Positions 61,748 to 64,000 of a stretch of 64,000 nucleotides of DNA are shown here, in pieces. The DNA is from Malacoraja senta (taxonomy: Eukaryota). Both the position numbers and the translations under genes were made by a program. The notes beneath the pieces were generated by a model. The model had not been told where the DNA came from. It did not search any database and worked only from the letters and a program-made list of their open reading frames with translations. Position 1 is the stretch's first letter. Each line of letters begins with the position of its first letter. Where the stretch lies: positions 868,001-932,000 of the forward strand of contig CM075996.1 in the NCBI GenBank assembly GCA_038087875.1, in the 5' to 3' direction.

Positions 61748-63102
61748 CCAGTTACTCTATCTCCGTTACATTGATGACTGCATTGGTGCTACCTCCTGCA
61801 GCCATGCAGAACTCATGGACTTCATCAACTTCACCACCAATTTTCATCCTGCACTCAAATTTACTTGGACCATCTCCGACACCTCCCTCCCCTTTCTTGA
61901 TCTCAATTTCCATCATAGGAAATAGACTATTGATGGACGTCTATTACAAACCCACTGACTCCCACAACTATCTCGATTACACTTCTTCCTACCCTGCTTC
62001 CTGTAAAGACTCTATCCCCTACTCCTAATTCCACTGACTATGCCGCATCTGCGCCCAAGATGAGGTGTTCCATACTAGAATATCCGAGATGTCCTCATTC
62101 TTTAGGGAACGGGGGTTCCCCTCTCCCATCATAGATGAGGCCCTCACATGTCTCCTCGGTACCCCGCAGCTCCGTCCTTGCTTCCCCCCTCCCCCTAGTC
62201 GCAACACAGACAGTCCCCCTAGTCCTTACCTTCCACCCCATCAGCCATCGCATACAACACATAATCTTCCGAAATTTCCGCCACCTCCAACGGGATCCCA
62301 CCACTAGCCACATTTTCCCATCTCCACCCCTTTCCGCCTTTCACAGAGACTGTTCCCTCCCCAATTCCCTGGTTAACTCATCCCCTCCCAGGTACCTTTC
62401 CCTGCAATCGCATAAGATGCAACACCTGTCGCTATACCTCCTCCCTCGACATTCCGTTTCGGGTCAGTCAGAGGTTCACTTGCACCTCCTCCAACCTCAA
62501 GTACTGTATCTGTTGTTCAAGATGTGGACTCTTATACATCGGCGAAACCAAATGCAGACTGGGCGATCGTTTCGCGGAATACCTTCACTCAGCCCGCCAG
62601 AACCTACCTGATCTCCCGGTTGCCAGACACTTTAATTCTCCTTCCCATTCCTACACAGACCTTTCTGTCATCGATCTTCTCCATTGTCAGAGTGAGGCTA
62701 AATGCAAATTGGAGGAAGAGCATCTCATATTTTGCTTGAGCAACTTGCAGCCCAGTGGTATGAACATTGATTTCTCTCACTTCAGGTAGCGCCGATATTC
62801 CCTCTCTCTCTATCCCTCCCCACCCAAGTCGCACTGGCTTCTCATTTTCACCCTACAAACAGCTTACAATGGCCTGTTTCCTTTATCATCGTTACTTTTT
62901 TGCATATCTTTCATTCATTGTTCTTTATCTATCCACATCACCGTCTCTCTCTTGTTTCCCTTATCCCTAACCAGTCGGAAGAAGGGTCTCAACCCGAAAC
63001 GTCACCCATTCCTTCTCTCCAGAGATGCCGCCTGTTCTGCCGAGTTACTCCAGCTTTGTGTCTATATTCAGTTTAAACCAGCATCTGCAGTTCCTTCTTA
63101 CA
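61748..63102 (+). mobile_element. 5'-truncated Penelope-like element (RT C-terminal half, GIY-YIG endonuclease, 3' terminal repeat); decayed
   Basis: YLRYIDDCIG (RT catalytic motif), FHPALKFT, YYKPTDSHNYLDYTS, CNRIRCNTC, and YCICCSRCGLLYIGET (GIY-YIG), ending ...HFR* at ~62789. Contains frameshifts and stops. Confidence 0.9.
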
Positions 63103-64000
63103 CCTTAAAATATTCCATGTTTAGTTTGTTTGGAGTCTTCACTCTTCCGCTGTGCATCCTGCCCAGCATATTCTCAAAAGAATACTCAAATATGTTTCTC
63201 ACTGAGGCTCGTCTCTTTCTGGACTGGATGTGAATAGTCAGGAGTCCTTTTCTTAATGATGAAGATAATTAAAATTCAATTTAAAATTGCTAAGTTGATA
63301 TTTTATGTTATTTTTGAGGAAGGGCAATTGCATTTCTGAAAAATCTGAAATAAATACAGGAAATGCTGAAAATACTCAGCATTTTCAGTCTTATAGTGGG
63401 TTTCTCTCTCCAAAGATCTGCTGAGCATTTCCAGCATTTTATGTTTTCATTTTTAAAGCACCTGTTCTGTGTCAGACAAAGGAATTTACAACCCAAGAAA
63501 ATAAGACATTTGATTGATTGATTGAAAGATACACCATGGAAATGGGCCCTTCAGCCCATCTGTTCACACCAGTTCTATGTTATCCCACTTTCGCATCCAC
63601 TCCCTACACACTTGGGGCAATTTACAGAAGTCAATTAACCTACAAACCTGCACGTCTTTGGGATGTGAGAGGGAACCGGAGCACCAAAAGGAAACCCATG
63701 CAGTCACAGAGAGAATGTTATAAAGAACAAGAGCAGGAGTGGGCTACACGACACTTCGAGCCTGCTCTATTATTCATCACGCTGATCTTCCACTTCCATT
63801 TTTTCTGCACTAGCCCCATATCCCTTAATATCTAGAAATCGATCACTCGGCATTGAATATACTCAATATCTAAGTCTTGACAGCCCTTTCGGGCAGAGAA
63901 TTCCAAGGACTCTCATCCCTTTACCAGGGAGATTTCATCTCAGTTCTAAACATCCAAACCCTCTTTCTGAGACTGTTTCAGCATCCTCCCTGCATCCACC

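Noticed and set aside
33200-64000. SOX10 coding exons expected from synteny
   Set aside because: No HMG-box or SOX10 C-terminal peptide was seen in any frame.

Overview
Vertebrate genomic DNA. The repeat families suggest a cartilaginous fish, probably a skate or ray (inference). Bases 1-24.8 kb hold the last 10 coding exons of TNRC6B (GW182 family: Q-rich region, CIM-1, PAM2, RRM, C-terminal LWG region; stop at 13930-13932) and a probable ~11 kb 3'UTR rich in miRNA seed matches. Bases 27.2-33.2 kb hold a complete POLR2F gene (RPB6; 5 exons, 127 aa) with a CpG-island promoter. Bases 33.2-64 kb have no recognisable host exons. They contain tRNA-derived SINEs, CR1-, Rex/Babar- and Tx1-like LINE fragments, Penelope-like elements, Harbinger-type MITEs and a few candidate enhancer/CTCF sites. 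The main finding is three ~140-160 bp TSD-flanked retroposon copies, from two sequence-distinct families, with (GAA)n tails. Each begins with a minimal HDV/CPEB3-type ribozyme fold, and the stems covary between the families. One family's core is nearly identical to the mammalian CPEB3 ribozyme core as I recall it. A second candidate ribozyme system is hammerhead-like cores in Penelope-derived palindromic repeats. Repeat boundaries are approximate unless TSDs are given. No database searches were run.
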